The notes beneath the pieces were generated by a model, which was not told where the DNA came from, searched no databases, and saw only the letters and a program-made list of their open reading frames with translations. A DNA stretch of 64,000 nt from Azospirillum sp. CAG:239 (lineage in GTDB: Bacteria; Bacillota_I; Bacilli_A; RFN20; CAG-449): assembly GCA_963653535.1 (NCBI GenBank), contig CAVJWU010000002.1, positions 15,729 to 79,728 of the forward strand, written 5' to 3'. Positions 1-8,702 of this stretch are shown here, piece by piece (positions within the stretch are counted from its first letter, which is position 1; the number at the start of each line of letters is the position of its first letter). The position numbers and the translations under genes were made by a program.

Positions 1-219
1 ATCTTTAGGGACAAAGTTCAATCTACTAGCAGTTGTCGACCACATCTTACAACTTAAAGAACATCTTTCGTCTTTAATAGAAAAATAATAATGCCCTTTA
101 AAATCTTTTCTTAGTCCAGAAATTTCTCCTTGCACTAAGATATTTTGTAAAGAAGCATTATTTTCGATAATGTATTTAATATATTGATTGATATTTGTAA
201 CAGTAAAAATTGTATCCAT
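1..219 (-). CDS. xseA: Exodeoxyribonuclease VII large subunit, N-terminal 73 codons (gene runs off the left window edge)
   Basis: Not in the ORF track because it is open at the window edge. Manual reverse-strand translation from ATG 219-217 gives MDTIFTVTNINQYIKYIIENNASLQNILVQGEISGLRKDFKGHYYFSIKDERCSLSCKMW..., the XseA OB-fold N-terminus pattern (GEIS..GH.YF.lKD). It starts 2 nt after the nusB stop, and nusB/xseA linkage is typical of Bacillota. Confidence 0.8.
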   Translation of the reverse strand, partial: MDTIFTVTNINQYIKYIIENNASLQNILVQGEISGLRKDFKGHYYFSIKDERCSLSCKMWSTTASRLNFVPKD

Positions 220-221
220 GA

Positions 222-641
222 TTATAAAATCTTGTCTAAGACTGCATTAATAAAACGATATTCTTTATCGTCTAAATATTTTTTCGCAAGTTCTACCGCG
301 ACATTAATCATTGTCGCTTTATTTACATCATCAAAAGAACAATATTTTACTTCACCAATTGAGAATAATAATATTGCATGACCGACGATATTTAAACGAT
401 CTAATCTTAATTTTTCTGATAAATGTGAAGCGATTAATTGATCAATTTCACCTTGGTTTAATAAAGATTTGACGACTACTTCTTTTGAAAAAGTTGGAAC
501 GTCTTCATATTCACATTCATAAACACCTTCCATTAGTTCTTTTACATCTGCTTCTTTATTATTTACTTGATAGAACAAATAGCCGTAGACTACTTGCATG
601 ATTTTTTCTTGTTCTTGGTTTCTAGATAATTCTTCACTCAT
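222..641 (-). CDS. nusB: Transcription antitermination factor NusB
   Basis: 139 aa. C-terminal pattern INVAVELAKKY...RFINAVLDKIL matches the NusB signature (vInEaVelaK.y....kFvNgVLd.i). GGAGG RBS. Sits between an asp23-like gene and xseA, as in Bacillus. Confidence 0.9.
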   Translation of the reverse strand: MSEELSRNQEQEKIMQVVYGYLFYQVNNKEADVKELMEGVYECEYEDVPTFSKEVVVKSLLNQGEIDQLIASHLSEKLRLDRLNIVGHAILLFSIGEVKYCSFDDVNKATMINVAVELAKKYLDDKEYRFINAVLDKIL

Positions 642-679
642 ATATAACCTCCATAAAAAAATAAGCCGGAGCTTACTTT

Positions 680-1012
680 TTATTCAATTCCTGCTACTTT
701 GATCTTAATTGAAAATGGAACCATTTCGACCATCGTTGTTAAGGCCTCCGCGACTTCATCTTGAATTAAAGCACAAATCTTATCAACATTGTTTCCTTTT
801 TTTATAATAACTTGAATATTTACAATAACCTTATTATTAGAAATAGAACAATGGACTGGCTTATGAAATCTAAAAGGCGAATTGTTCTTCTTTGTAGTTG
901 AAACACCAATGACTTTATTTGTTACGATTGAAACAATTTGTTCAAAAGAATTAGTGGAAATTGCCATCTTGCCTCTATTTGAATAATTTTGAATAAAAAC
1001 ATAATCTGCCAT
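680..1012 (-). CDS. Asp23/Gls24 family (alkaline shock protein-like, YqhY-like)
   Basis: 110 aa with the size and sequence style of the Asp23 family. Position directly upstream of nusB matches yqhY-nusB in Bacillus. GGAGG RBS. Confidence 0.7.
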   Translation of the reverse strand: MADYVFIQNYSNRGKMAISTNSFEQIVSIVTNKVIGVSTTKKNNSPFRFHKPVHCSISNNKVIVNIQVIIKKGNNVDKICALIQDEVAEALTTMVEMVPFSIKIKVAGIE

Positions 1013-1084
1013 ATTTCAAAAGCCTCCTTCAATTAAATATATTATATTAAATTAAACAATTTATTTCAATTAATAGTTAAATTT

Positions 1085-1125
1085 ATTAAGAAAAACACTT
1101 CCTAGACGATTTTCTAGAAAGTGTT
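1085..1125 (-). terminator. Rho-independent terminator after the GH13 gene
   Basis: Inverted repeat AACACTTCCTAGA (1094-1106) / TCTAGAAAGTGTT (1113-1125): 12 bp with one mismatch and a 6-nt loop. Followed on the minus strand by TTTCTTAAT. Confidence 0.7.
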
Positions 1126-1129
1126 TAAA

Positions 1130-2629
1130 TTAAATCTTTAAAATTACACCTGATTTAACTTGTAATTTATTATTTTTAACTGCTCCGTCTTTTGACTTAA
1201 ATAAGATTTCTCCATCTACATCAATTTCATGATCAGTTAAATTAATGATAACTTTAATATTGTCTCTTAAATAAGAAATTAATCTTAATTCAGTATTTTC
1301 AAGAACAAAATTATTATTAAATAAATGATTATGTTCTTTTCTTAAAGAAATTAAATTCTTAATGTAATTTAATAATGAATTTTCATCTTTTAAAGCATCT
1401 TCAGCATTAAAAGAATCATCACTTAAAGGGAGATATAACTTATCAGAAGTAGAAAAGCCATTATTTTTCGAATGATCAAATTTCATTGGAGTACGATCAC
1501 CAGTACGATGATAACCTCCGTCTTTTGAATTTAAATTTTGATATTTAATGCCAAGTTCATCTCCATAATAAACAAAAGGAATACCAGGAAGAGTCATTTG
1601 AACCATATAGAATAATCTTAATTCTTCATCGTTTAAGAAAGTTGCAAGTCGCCAAGTATCATGATTTCCTGAAATAACTGAAATATGACCATTATTTTCT
1701 CTTGCTTCATTAATTTTTTTAACTAAATCTTCTTTAAAGAGTTTAAAGACCTCGTCATTACCTCCATTTAAGACATTTAAAGAATTTGAACATTTATTTT
1801 CCTTAGTCAAATAATGGAAGAAATCATCTTCATGATCTAGAATAAAATCTGAATCAAAGCCAGCTTTTAAGGCACGTGATGGGGCACACCACTCTGAAAC
1901 TAAGAAGAAATCTTTATGAATTTCTCTTACCTTTTTAAAGATATATTGCCATACTTTAATTGTTGCTTCTTTTTCATCATCATTTTTAACAAGTGAATCA
2001 GCCATATCGACTCTAAAACCATCCGCGCCGTTATTTAGCCAAAAGGTCATAATACTAACAATATAATCTCTTGCTTTAAAAGTTCTTTCATCTTCATATG
2101 ACATTTGCCAAGAATATAATCTATCATGATTAAAACCATAATTGAATGCAGGTTGATGAGAAAAGAAATTAACCATGTATGCACCATTACGATCATGGCG
2201 ACCAGATATTAAAATATAAGGTCTTTCATAATCCCAGACTGAATTATTCCAAATAAACAAATCAGAACAGTAATTTCTAGTAGGTTTTGCAGATTCTAAG
2301 AATAATGGATTTTGTTCACTCGCGTGACCAGGAACTAAATCAACAATGATTTTTAAACCAAGCTCATGAGCTTTAGTAATCAAATTTTTAAAATCATTAA
2401 TTGTTCCAAAACGAGGGTCGACATCAAAGAAATCAGAAATATCATAACCGCCGTCTTTAAAAGGAGATTTATAAAATGGATTTAACCAAATCGCGTTAAA
2501 GCCTAAATTTTTTACATATTCTAGTTTACTAGTTATACCATTTAAATCGCCAATACCATCACCATTTGAATCTTTAAATGATGTAGGATAAATTTCATAA
2601 AAAACTAAATTATCTTTCCAAGAGTTCAT
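1130..2629 (-). CDS. Glycoside hydrolase family 13 (alpha-glucosidase / oligo-1,6-glucosidase-like), cytoplasmic
   Basis: 499 aa. N-terminus YEIYPTSFKDSNGDGIGDLNGI..LGFNAIWLNPFYKSP..DGGYDISDF. Catalytic regions GFRVDMA, SEW and GNHDT, as in GH13 oligo-glucosidases. No signal peptide. Confidence 0.85.
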   Translation of the reverse strand: MNSWKDNLVFYEIYPTSFKDSNGDGIGDLNGITSKLEYVKNLGFNAIWLNPFYKSPFKDGGYDISDFFDVDPRFGTINDFKNLITKAHELGLKIIVDLVPGHASEQNPLFLESAKPTRNYCSDLFIWNNSVWDYERPYILISGRHDRNGAYMVNFFSHQPAFNYGFNHDRLYSWQMSYEDERTFKARDYIVSIMTFWLNNGADGFRVDMADSLVKNDDEKEATIKVWQYIFKKVREIHKDFFLVSEWCAPSRALKAGFDSDFILDHEDDFFHYLTKENKCSNSLNVLNGGNDEVFKLFKEDLVKKINEARENNGHISVISGNHDTWRLATFLNDEELRLFYMVQMTLPGIPFVYYGDELGIKYQNLNSKDGGYHRTGDRTPMKFDHSKNNGFSTSDKLYLPLSDDSFNAEDALKDENSLLNYIKNLISLRKEHNHLFNNNFVLENTELRLISYLRDNIKVIINLTDHEIDVDGEILFKSKDGAVKNNKLQVKSGVILKI

Positions 2630-2631
2630 AA

Positions 2632-4800
2632 TTATTCCTTCCCTACTTGTTTAATTGATAAACCAATTCTCTTTTTATTCGCATCAACTTGAATAACTTT
2701 TACTTTAACAATTTGACCAATTTTTAATGCATCTAGTGGATGCTTAATAAATTTATCAGAAATTTCTGAAATATGAACTAAACCATCTTGGTGAACTCCA
2801 ATGTCAATGAATGCACCAAAATCGATAATATTTCTAACTGTTCCATCTAATTCCATCCCAACTTGAAGATCTTTAATATCAGTAACATCGTTTCTTAAAA
2901 TAGCTTGAGCATTTAAATCACGGATGTCTCTACCAGGTTTTTCTAATTCTAGGATAATATCTTTTAATGTTTCTACGCCGACATTTAGTTTTTTCGCAGT
3001 CGAATCGATATTAATAGAATCTAACTTTTTAATTAAAATAGGTGAACCTAAATCTTCTAAAGAACAGCCAATTTCTTTTAATAAATTTAAAGTTATTTCA
3101 TAAGATTCAGGATGAATTCCTGTATTATCTAAAGGATAATGATCACTAATACGTAAGAAACCTGCACATTGTTCAAAAGCTTTTTGACCAAGTTTAGGAA
3201 CATTTAATAATTCTTTTCTCGAAGTAAATTCTCCATTTGCTTCTCGATATGTAACAATGTTTGTCGCAATAGTAGAATTAATGCCAGAGACATAACTTAA
3301 TAAAGAAGGAGAAGCATGATTTAAATCAACACCGACTAAGTTAACGCAGTTTTCAATTACGCCTCCTAATGCTTCACCTAAATGTTTTTGGTTCATATCA
3401 TGTTGATATTGACCAACACCGATTGATTTAGGATCAATTTTAACTAGTTCAGCAAGAGGATCTTGGACTCTTCTAGCTAAAGAAATCGCACTTCTTACTG
3501 AAACATCTAAATTAGGGAATTCTTTTGTTCCAAGTTTAGAAGCGCTATAAACTGATGCGCCTGCTTCATTAGTGATTACAAAATCAATTTTACAATTTGG
3601 AAATTTATCAAATAAATATTCTTTGATGAATCTTTCTGATTCTCTTCCTCCAGTACCATTACCTAATGAGATTAAGTCTACTTTATATTTAGTAACTAAG
3701 GAAGCGAGTTTAATACCTTCTTTTTCAAGAATATCTTTTTTATCGACTGTTCCATATAAAACACCAGTATAAAGTACTTTACCTAAGCGATCAACAATAC
3801 CAATTTTACAACCAGTTCTAATACCTGGGTCAAAGCCTAAAACGACTTTATTTTTAGTAGGTGATTGAAGTAATAATTCTTTTAAATTTGATTTAAAAAC
3901 TTCAATTGAGGTATTTTCACTTGTTTCAAGTAAAGAAGAAAATACTTCATTATCAATACTTGGTTTAATTAATCTTTTATATGCATCTTCAATCGCTGAA
4001 GTTAAAATTTCTTCAAAAGGAGAATTGTTCTTAATTATATCTTTTTTGATATGATTAATATTAGTTTCATCGCGTCCAGTAATATCAATTTTTAAAACAC
4101 CAAGTTTTTCACCTCTACTAATAGCGAGTACTCTATGTGAAGCAATTTTACAAACTGGTTCAGAATAATCGTAGTATTGGGCGAATTTTTCTAATTCGTC
4201 AGCGTCTTTTTTATTTAATTTAGTTGAAACGTTAAAATTTTTAATGACATTACTTCTAATAAATTTACGATAATTTGAATTATCTGAAATATTTTCTGCA
4301 ATAATGTCTTTTGCTCCTTGAATTGCATCTTCCGCATTATTAATTTTCTTTTCAGGATTAATAAAAGTTTTTACAAATTCATTTAATTCTGGCTTATTAA
4401 CTTGTTTTAATAAGTACTCGCTTAATCCTTCTAATCCTGCTTCACGAGCGATTGATGCTCTAGTTTTCTTCTTAGGTTTATAAGGACGATAGATATCTTC
4501 AAGTTCAGATAATGTACGAGCGTTAAATAATGAATTTTTAATTTCATCAGTCAATTTACCTTGTTCATCAATTGACTTTAAGATTGTATCTAAACGATCG
4601 TAAAAATTATTATAATAAGTATATTTTTCAACAAAGTTTCTTAAAACTTCATCGCTTAGTGAACCTGTCAATTCTTTTCTATAACGAGCAATGAAAGGAA
4701 CAGAACATCCTTCATTTAATAAAGATATGACATTTTCAACTTGTTTTGATTTTAATTGTAAATCACTTTCAAGTTTTTGATTTATTAATTCTTGATACAT
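2632..4800 (-). CDS. tex: Transcription accessory protein Tex (S1 RNA-binding domain protein)
   Basis: 722 aa. N-terminal VPFIARYRKE motif, central YqgF/RuvC-like region, HhH region and C-terminal S1 domain (GMELDGTVRNIIDFGAFIDIGVHQDGLVHISE). Confidence 0.9.
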   Translation of the reverse strand: MYQELINQKLESDLQLKSKQVENVISLLNEGCSVPFIARYRKELTGSLSDEVLRNFVEKYTYYNNFYDRLDTILKSIDEQGKLTDEIKNSLFNARTLSELEDIYRPYKPKKKTRASIAREAGLEGLSEYLLKQVNKPELNEFVKTFINPEKKINNAEDAIQGAKDIIAENISDNSNYRKFIRSNVIKNFNVSTKLNKKDADELEKFAQYYDYSEPVCKIASHRVLAISRGEKLGVLKIDITGRDETNINHIKKDIIKNNSPFEEILTSAIEDAYKRLIKPSIDNEVFSSLLETSENTSIEVFKSNLKELLLQSPTKNKVVLGFDPGIRTGCKIGIVDRLGKVLYTGVLYGTVDKKDILEKEGIKLASLVTKYKVDLISLGNGTGGRESERFIKEYLFDKFPNCKIDFVITNEAGASVYSASKLGTKEFPNLDVSVRSAISLARRVQDPLAELVKIDPKSIGVGQYQHDMNQKHLGEALGGVIENCVNLVGVDLNHASPSLLSYVSGINSTIATNIVTYREANGEFTSRKELLNVPKLGQKAFEQCAGFLRISDHYPLDNTGIHPESYEITLNLLKEIGCSLEDLGSPILIKKLDSINIDSTAKKLNVGVETLKDIILELEKPGRDIRDLNAQAILRNDVTDIKDLQVGMELDGTVRNIIDFGAFIDIGVHQDGLVHISEISDKFIKHPLDALKIGQIVKVKVIQVDANKKRIGLSIKQVGKE

Positions 4801-4851
4801 ATTTTCTCCTAATAAAGTAAATGTTAGGCCGCGCCTAACATTACTATTTTT

Positions 4852-7254
4852 TTAGATTGCTACAATATTAACAATCTTACCTTTAATGACAATTATTTTC
4901 TTGATTGTTTTACCTTCAAGACGAGTTTTAATACCTTCATTATTTAAAGCAATATCTTCAATTTCTTTTTCACTTGCTTCAGTAGGTACTTCGATAATTT
5001 CTCTTACTTTACCACAAATTTGGACAGCGATTTTAACGCTTTGTAAAGCAAGTTTTGATTCATCATATTTTGGCCAACTAACAAAATCGATAATTTCTTT
5101 ATGACCTAATTTTTCCCAAATTTCACTACAAATATGAGGACAAATAGGTGCAAGCAATTGAACAAATCCTTCTAAATATGGTTTATAAATATGTTCTTGT
5201 TTATAGACTTCATTAATAAAAATCATCATTTGTGAAATCGCAGTATTAAATGCCATCGCTTCAAAGTCATTAGTGACTTTCTTGACTGTAAAGTTATAAA
5301 TATAATCTAAAGCATGATCATTTTCTAAAGTCATTTTAGAAGTAAATGCTTCTTCATCAAATAATCTAAATACACGATCTAACCATCTTTTTGCTCCGTC
5401 AAGACCTGAATCTGACCAAGGTAAACTTGCTTCAAGAGGTCCCATGAACATTTCATAAAGTCTTAATGAATCTGCGCCATAATCACGAACAACATCATCT
5501 GGGTTAACAACATTACCTTTAGATTTAGACATTTTTTCGCCATTAGAGCCAAGAATCATTCCTTGATGGAATAATTTTTTAAATGGTTCTTTATGTGAAA
5601 CGTATCCTTGATCATAAAGGAAATTCATCCAGAATCTAGAATATAATAAGTGACCTACCGCGTGTTCAGTTCCGCCGACATAAAGATCGACTGGCATCCA
5701 GTGTTTTTCTAATTCCTTATCGCAGAATGTTTGATCATTATTTGGATCAATATATCTTAAATAATACCAAGATGAACCAGCGCTACCAGGCATAGTAGAT
5801 GATTCTCTTTTTGCTTGTTTTCCATTATAAGTTAAATTAATCCAATCAGTCGCATTTTCTAAAGGTGATTTACCATCTTTAGATCTCTTATAATCTTTTA
5901 CTTCAGGTAAAAGTAAAGGAAGTTCTGCATCCTTTAAAGGAACAATTTCATCCCCGATAAAGACAACAGGAATTGGTTCACCCCAATATCTTTGACGAGC
6001 GAAAATCCATTCTCTTAATTTATAGTTAACTTGTTTCTTACCAATACCTTTTTCGGTGAGGTATTCAAGCATCTTATTAATCGCATCTTCTTTATTTAAA
6101 CCATCTAAGAAAGAAGAATTAATGTGAATTCCATCTTGAGTATAAGCTTCTTTTGTTACGTCTCCACCTTCAAGAACTGGAATAATTTCAAGTCCGAATT
6201 TTTTTGCGAATGCATAATCTCTTTCATCGTGAGCTGGAACTGCCATAATCGCACCTGTACCATAAGTAATTAATACATAATCAGAAATCCAAATAGGAAT
6301 TAATTTATTATTAACTGGATTAACTGCATATGCACCAGTAAAAGCACCTGTTTTTTCTTTATTTAATTCAGTTCTTTCTAAATCTGATTTACTAGCTGCG
6401 AATTCAATATATTTATTAACTTCTTCAAGATGTTCAGGTGTCGTAATCTTTTTAACTAAAGGATGTTCTGGTGATAAGACACAATAAGTCGCACCGAATA
6501 AAGTATCACAACGAGTGGTAAAGACAGTAAACTTTTCATCTGTTCCATTAACGTTAAAATCAACTAATGCACCGACTGATTTACCAATCCAGTTTCTTTG
6601 AATTTCTTTTGTTGAACTTGGCCAATCAATTTGATCTAGTTGATCAAGTAATCTTTCCGCATACTTAGGAATATCAAGTACCCATTGTTTCATATTCTTT
6701 CTAACAACTGGATAATTACCTCTTTCAGAACGGCCATTAATAACTTCATCATTAGCTAAAACAGTACCTAATTCTTCACACCAGTTGACTGGCATATCGA
6801 CAAGTTTTGCTAAGCCTTGTTCTAATAATTTTTTAAAAATCCATTGAGTCCATTTATAGAATTTAGGATCACAAGTAGAAATTTGTTTGCTCCAATCAAA
6901 ACTAAAACCTAACATCTTAAGTTGAGCAGTAAATGTTTTAATGTTTTCTAAGGTGAACCCTTCAGGATGATTTCCTGTTTGGATTGCAAATTGTTCCGCA
7001 GGTAAACCAAAAGAATCAAATCCCATTGGATGTAAAACATTATATCCTTGGGCTCTTTTCATTCTCGCCATAATATCAGTTGCGGTATAACCTTCTGGAT
7101 GGCCGACATGAAGACCTTTTCCACTTGGATAAGGGAACATATCTAAAACATAATATTTAGGTTTTGAAAAATCATGTGTATCACAAAAATAAGTATTGTT
7201 ATCATCCCAATATTTTTGCCATTTCTTCTCTATTTCTTGATAATTGTAACTCAT
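4852..7254 (-). CDS. leuS: Leucine--tRNA ligase
   Basis: 800 aa. HVGH (HIGH) motif in [12 protein letters not shown] and KMSKS motif in [10 protein letters not shown]. Full-length class I LeuRS architecture. GGAGG RBS. Confidence 0.97.
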   Translation of the reverse strand: MSYNYQEIEKKWQKYWDDNNTYFCDTHDFSKPKYYVLDMFPYPSGKGLHVGHPEGYTATDIMARMKRAQGYNVLHPMGFDSFGLPAEQFAIQTGNHPEGFTLENIKTFTAQLKMLGFSFDWSKQISTCDPKFYKWTQWIFKKLLEQGLAKLVDMPVNWCEELGTVLANDEVINGRSERGNYPVVRKNMKQWVLDIPKYAERLLDQLDQIDWPSSTKEIQRNWIGKSVGALVDFNVNGTDEKFTVFTTRCDTLFGATYCVLSPEHPLVKKITTPEHLEEVNKYIEFAASKSDLERTELNKEKTGAFTGAYAVNPVNNKLIPIWISDYVLITYGTGAIMAVPAHDERDYAFAKKFGLEIIPVLEGGDVTKEAYTQDGIHINSSFLDGLNKEDAINKMLEYLTEKGIGKKQVNYKLREWIFARQRYWGEPIPVVFIGDEIVPLKDAELPLLLPEVKDYKRSKDGKSPLENATDWINLTYNGKQAKRESSTMPGSAGSSWYYLRYIDPNNDQTFCDKELEKHWMPVDLYVGGTEHAVGHLLYSRFWMNFLYDQGYVSHKEPFKKLFHQGMILGSNGEKMSKSKGNVVNPDDVVRDYGADSLRLYEMFMGPLEASLPWSDSGLDGAKRWLDRVFRLFDEEAFTSKMTLENDHALDYIYNFTVKKVTNDFEAMAFNTAISQMMIFINEVYKQEHIYKPYLEGFVQLLAPICPHICSEIWEKLGHKEIIDFVSWPKYDESKLALQSVKIAVQICGKVREIIEVPTEASEKEIEDIALNNEGIKTRLEGKTIKKIIVIKGKIVNIVAI

Positions 7255-7376
7255 AAGTCCTCCATTTAAATATAAATATTTAAATTCATACTCTATAATA
7301 ATAACTTTTCTTGTGATGTGTTACAAGTAATTTAAGATTTAGGGAGTAAATAAAACAGCAATTAGAAATGAGCAAA

Positions 7377-8603
7377 TTATTTTTCAATCGCGACTTTATT
7401 AAGAATATATTTTTTTAAATCTAAATAGAAATTACGAAGTTTATTATATTCTAAACGAGTATCAAAACTCAAATTCAAGAGATGTTTATAACGGTCCATA
7501 AAGATTAAATAATAACCAATAAACAAGGATATATAAACAAAAGAATTAATATTAGAAATATAATTCATAACAATAACAACTATTGCAATTAATAAATAAA
7601 ATAAATATGATTGTACACCTTCTTCGATGACGTAAGAATTTCCTACTTTATTCAATTTTGAATAAATTGAAGTTAAATTAAATGAAGTATCAAAATTAAT
7701 AAATTTATTTTCTAATTTAGTAAGTTCGTATTTTTTCGTATTTTTACTAAGTAAAAGCATTTGTTTACTAGCGAATTGAATAATAATAATTCCTAAAAGA
7801 ATAAAAATATGCATAATTCCATTATTTATTAAGATGCACGAAATAAAAATAAGGATAAATAAATCATTCAAAGTCCCATAAACATAAAGAATAATTTTTC
7901 CTTTTAATGTCAGAATTAAAGTTAAATCATTAGATGTTAATTGGATATTCTTTTTAATTGCAACATCAAGAATTTCCTTAACTTCATTATCATAAGATTT
8001 ATTTTGTCCTAGTAAGATGTAACCTTTAAAAAAGCAAGAAAAGCAAATTAAAACCGCGGTTACAATTGTTAAAGTAATATTTTGTTTTTCCGCATTTGAA
8101 CTGATGAAAGAAAATAAATAAATTAAACCAAAATCTAAAATTAAAAAAGTTAAATATAGAATAATATAATTAAGATTTAATAATTTTCTTTTCACGTTTA
8201 TCTTCTTTTTTTCACACTTTTTAACAATTAAACTAAAGCCAGTAAATAATGTTAAAAATTCATTAATTTCCATTTTAATTTGACCAAAATTAGGATCATT
8301 AACAATAACATAATTCTTATATTTACGAACAAATAAAACAAAATGAGAAATATTATTATCATTTAATTGAACAATTGAATTCGGATGTTTAAATATTTCC
8401 TCTTTTGTAGTTACTTCGACTCCTTCTAATTCCATATCGAATTTAGATGCAATCTTTTTTAAATCAGTAAATGAATAGGCGTTTTTAGTATAATTTCGCT
8501 CCAAATTTAAATATTTTCGATTTTTATAAGCATATGATAAACACATTTTTAAGCAAGCGAATCCGCAGTCAAATTCATTTTCTTGTAAACATATATATTC
8601 CAT
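7377..8603 (-). CDS. Peptidase C39 (bacteriocin-processing type) domain fused to a ~6-TM exporter-like membrane domain; no ABC ATPase domain
   Basis: 408 aa. N-terminal 130 aa has Gln7, Cys13 (QENEFDCGFACLKM), His87 (ISHFVLF) and Asp103 (VNDP), the C39 catalytic set in canonical order and spacing. Residues ~140-370 form about six hydrophobic helices. The protein ends with no Walker A/B or ABC signature. Strong AGGAGG RBS. Flanked by the parC terminator upstream. Confidence 0.75.
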   Translation of the reverse strand: MEYICLQENEFDCGFACLKMCLSYAYKNRKYLNLERNYTKNAYSFTDLKKIASKFDMELEGVEVTTKEEIFKHPNSIVQLNDNNISHFVLFVRKYKNYVIVNDPNFGQIKMEINEFLTLFTGFSLIVKKCEKKKINVKRKLLNLNYIILYLTFLILDFGLIYLFSFISSNAEKQNITLTIVTAVLICFSCFFKGYILLGQNKSYDNEVKEILDVAIKKNIQLTSNDLTLILTLKGKIILYVYGTLNDLFILIFISCILINNGIMHIFILLGIIIIQFASKQMLLLSKNTKKYELTKLENKFINFDTSFNLTSIYSKLNKVGNSYVIEEGVQSYLFYLLIAIVVIVMNYISNINSFVYISLFIGYYLIFMDRYKHLLNLSFDTRLEYNKLRNFYLDLKKYILNKVAIEK

Positions 8604-8670
8604 AAAATTTTTCCTCCTATATATGTTTTTTGCTTAAAATAAGAATAATCCTAAAATAAATTTAATTTTT

Positions 8671-8702
8671 TTAAAAAAAGACTTAGTCACAAGGACTAAG
8701 TC
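8671..8702 (-). terminator. Rho-independent terminator after parC
   Basis: GACTTAGTC (8680-8688) / GACTAAGTC (8694-8702): 9-bp stem, 5-nt loop. Followed on the minus strand by TTTTTTTAA. Confidence 0.8.

Noticed and set aside
7255-7376. Reading the C39-TMD protein as a truncated pseudogene of a full ABC exporter
   Set aside because: Only 122 nt separate its stop from leuS, and that stretch shows no Walker A/B or ABC-signature coding remnants in any frame. The gene has an intact frame, a strong RBS and a clean stop.
7255-8701. Reading the C39 gene as part of a bacteriocin or lantibiotic locus
   Set aside because: There is no precursor peptide with a double-glycine leader, no immunity protein, no modification enzyme and no accessory-protein ORF in the flanks. 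The neighbours are leuS and parC, so only the orphan peptidase-TMD gene itself is reported.
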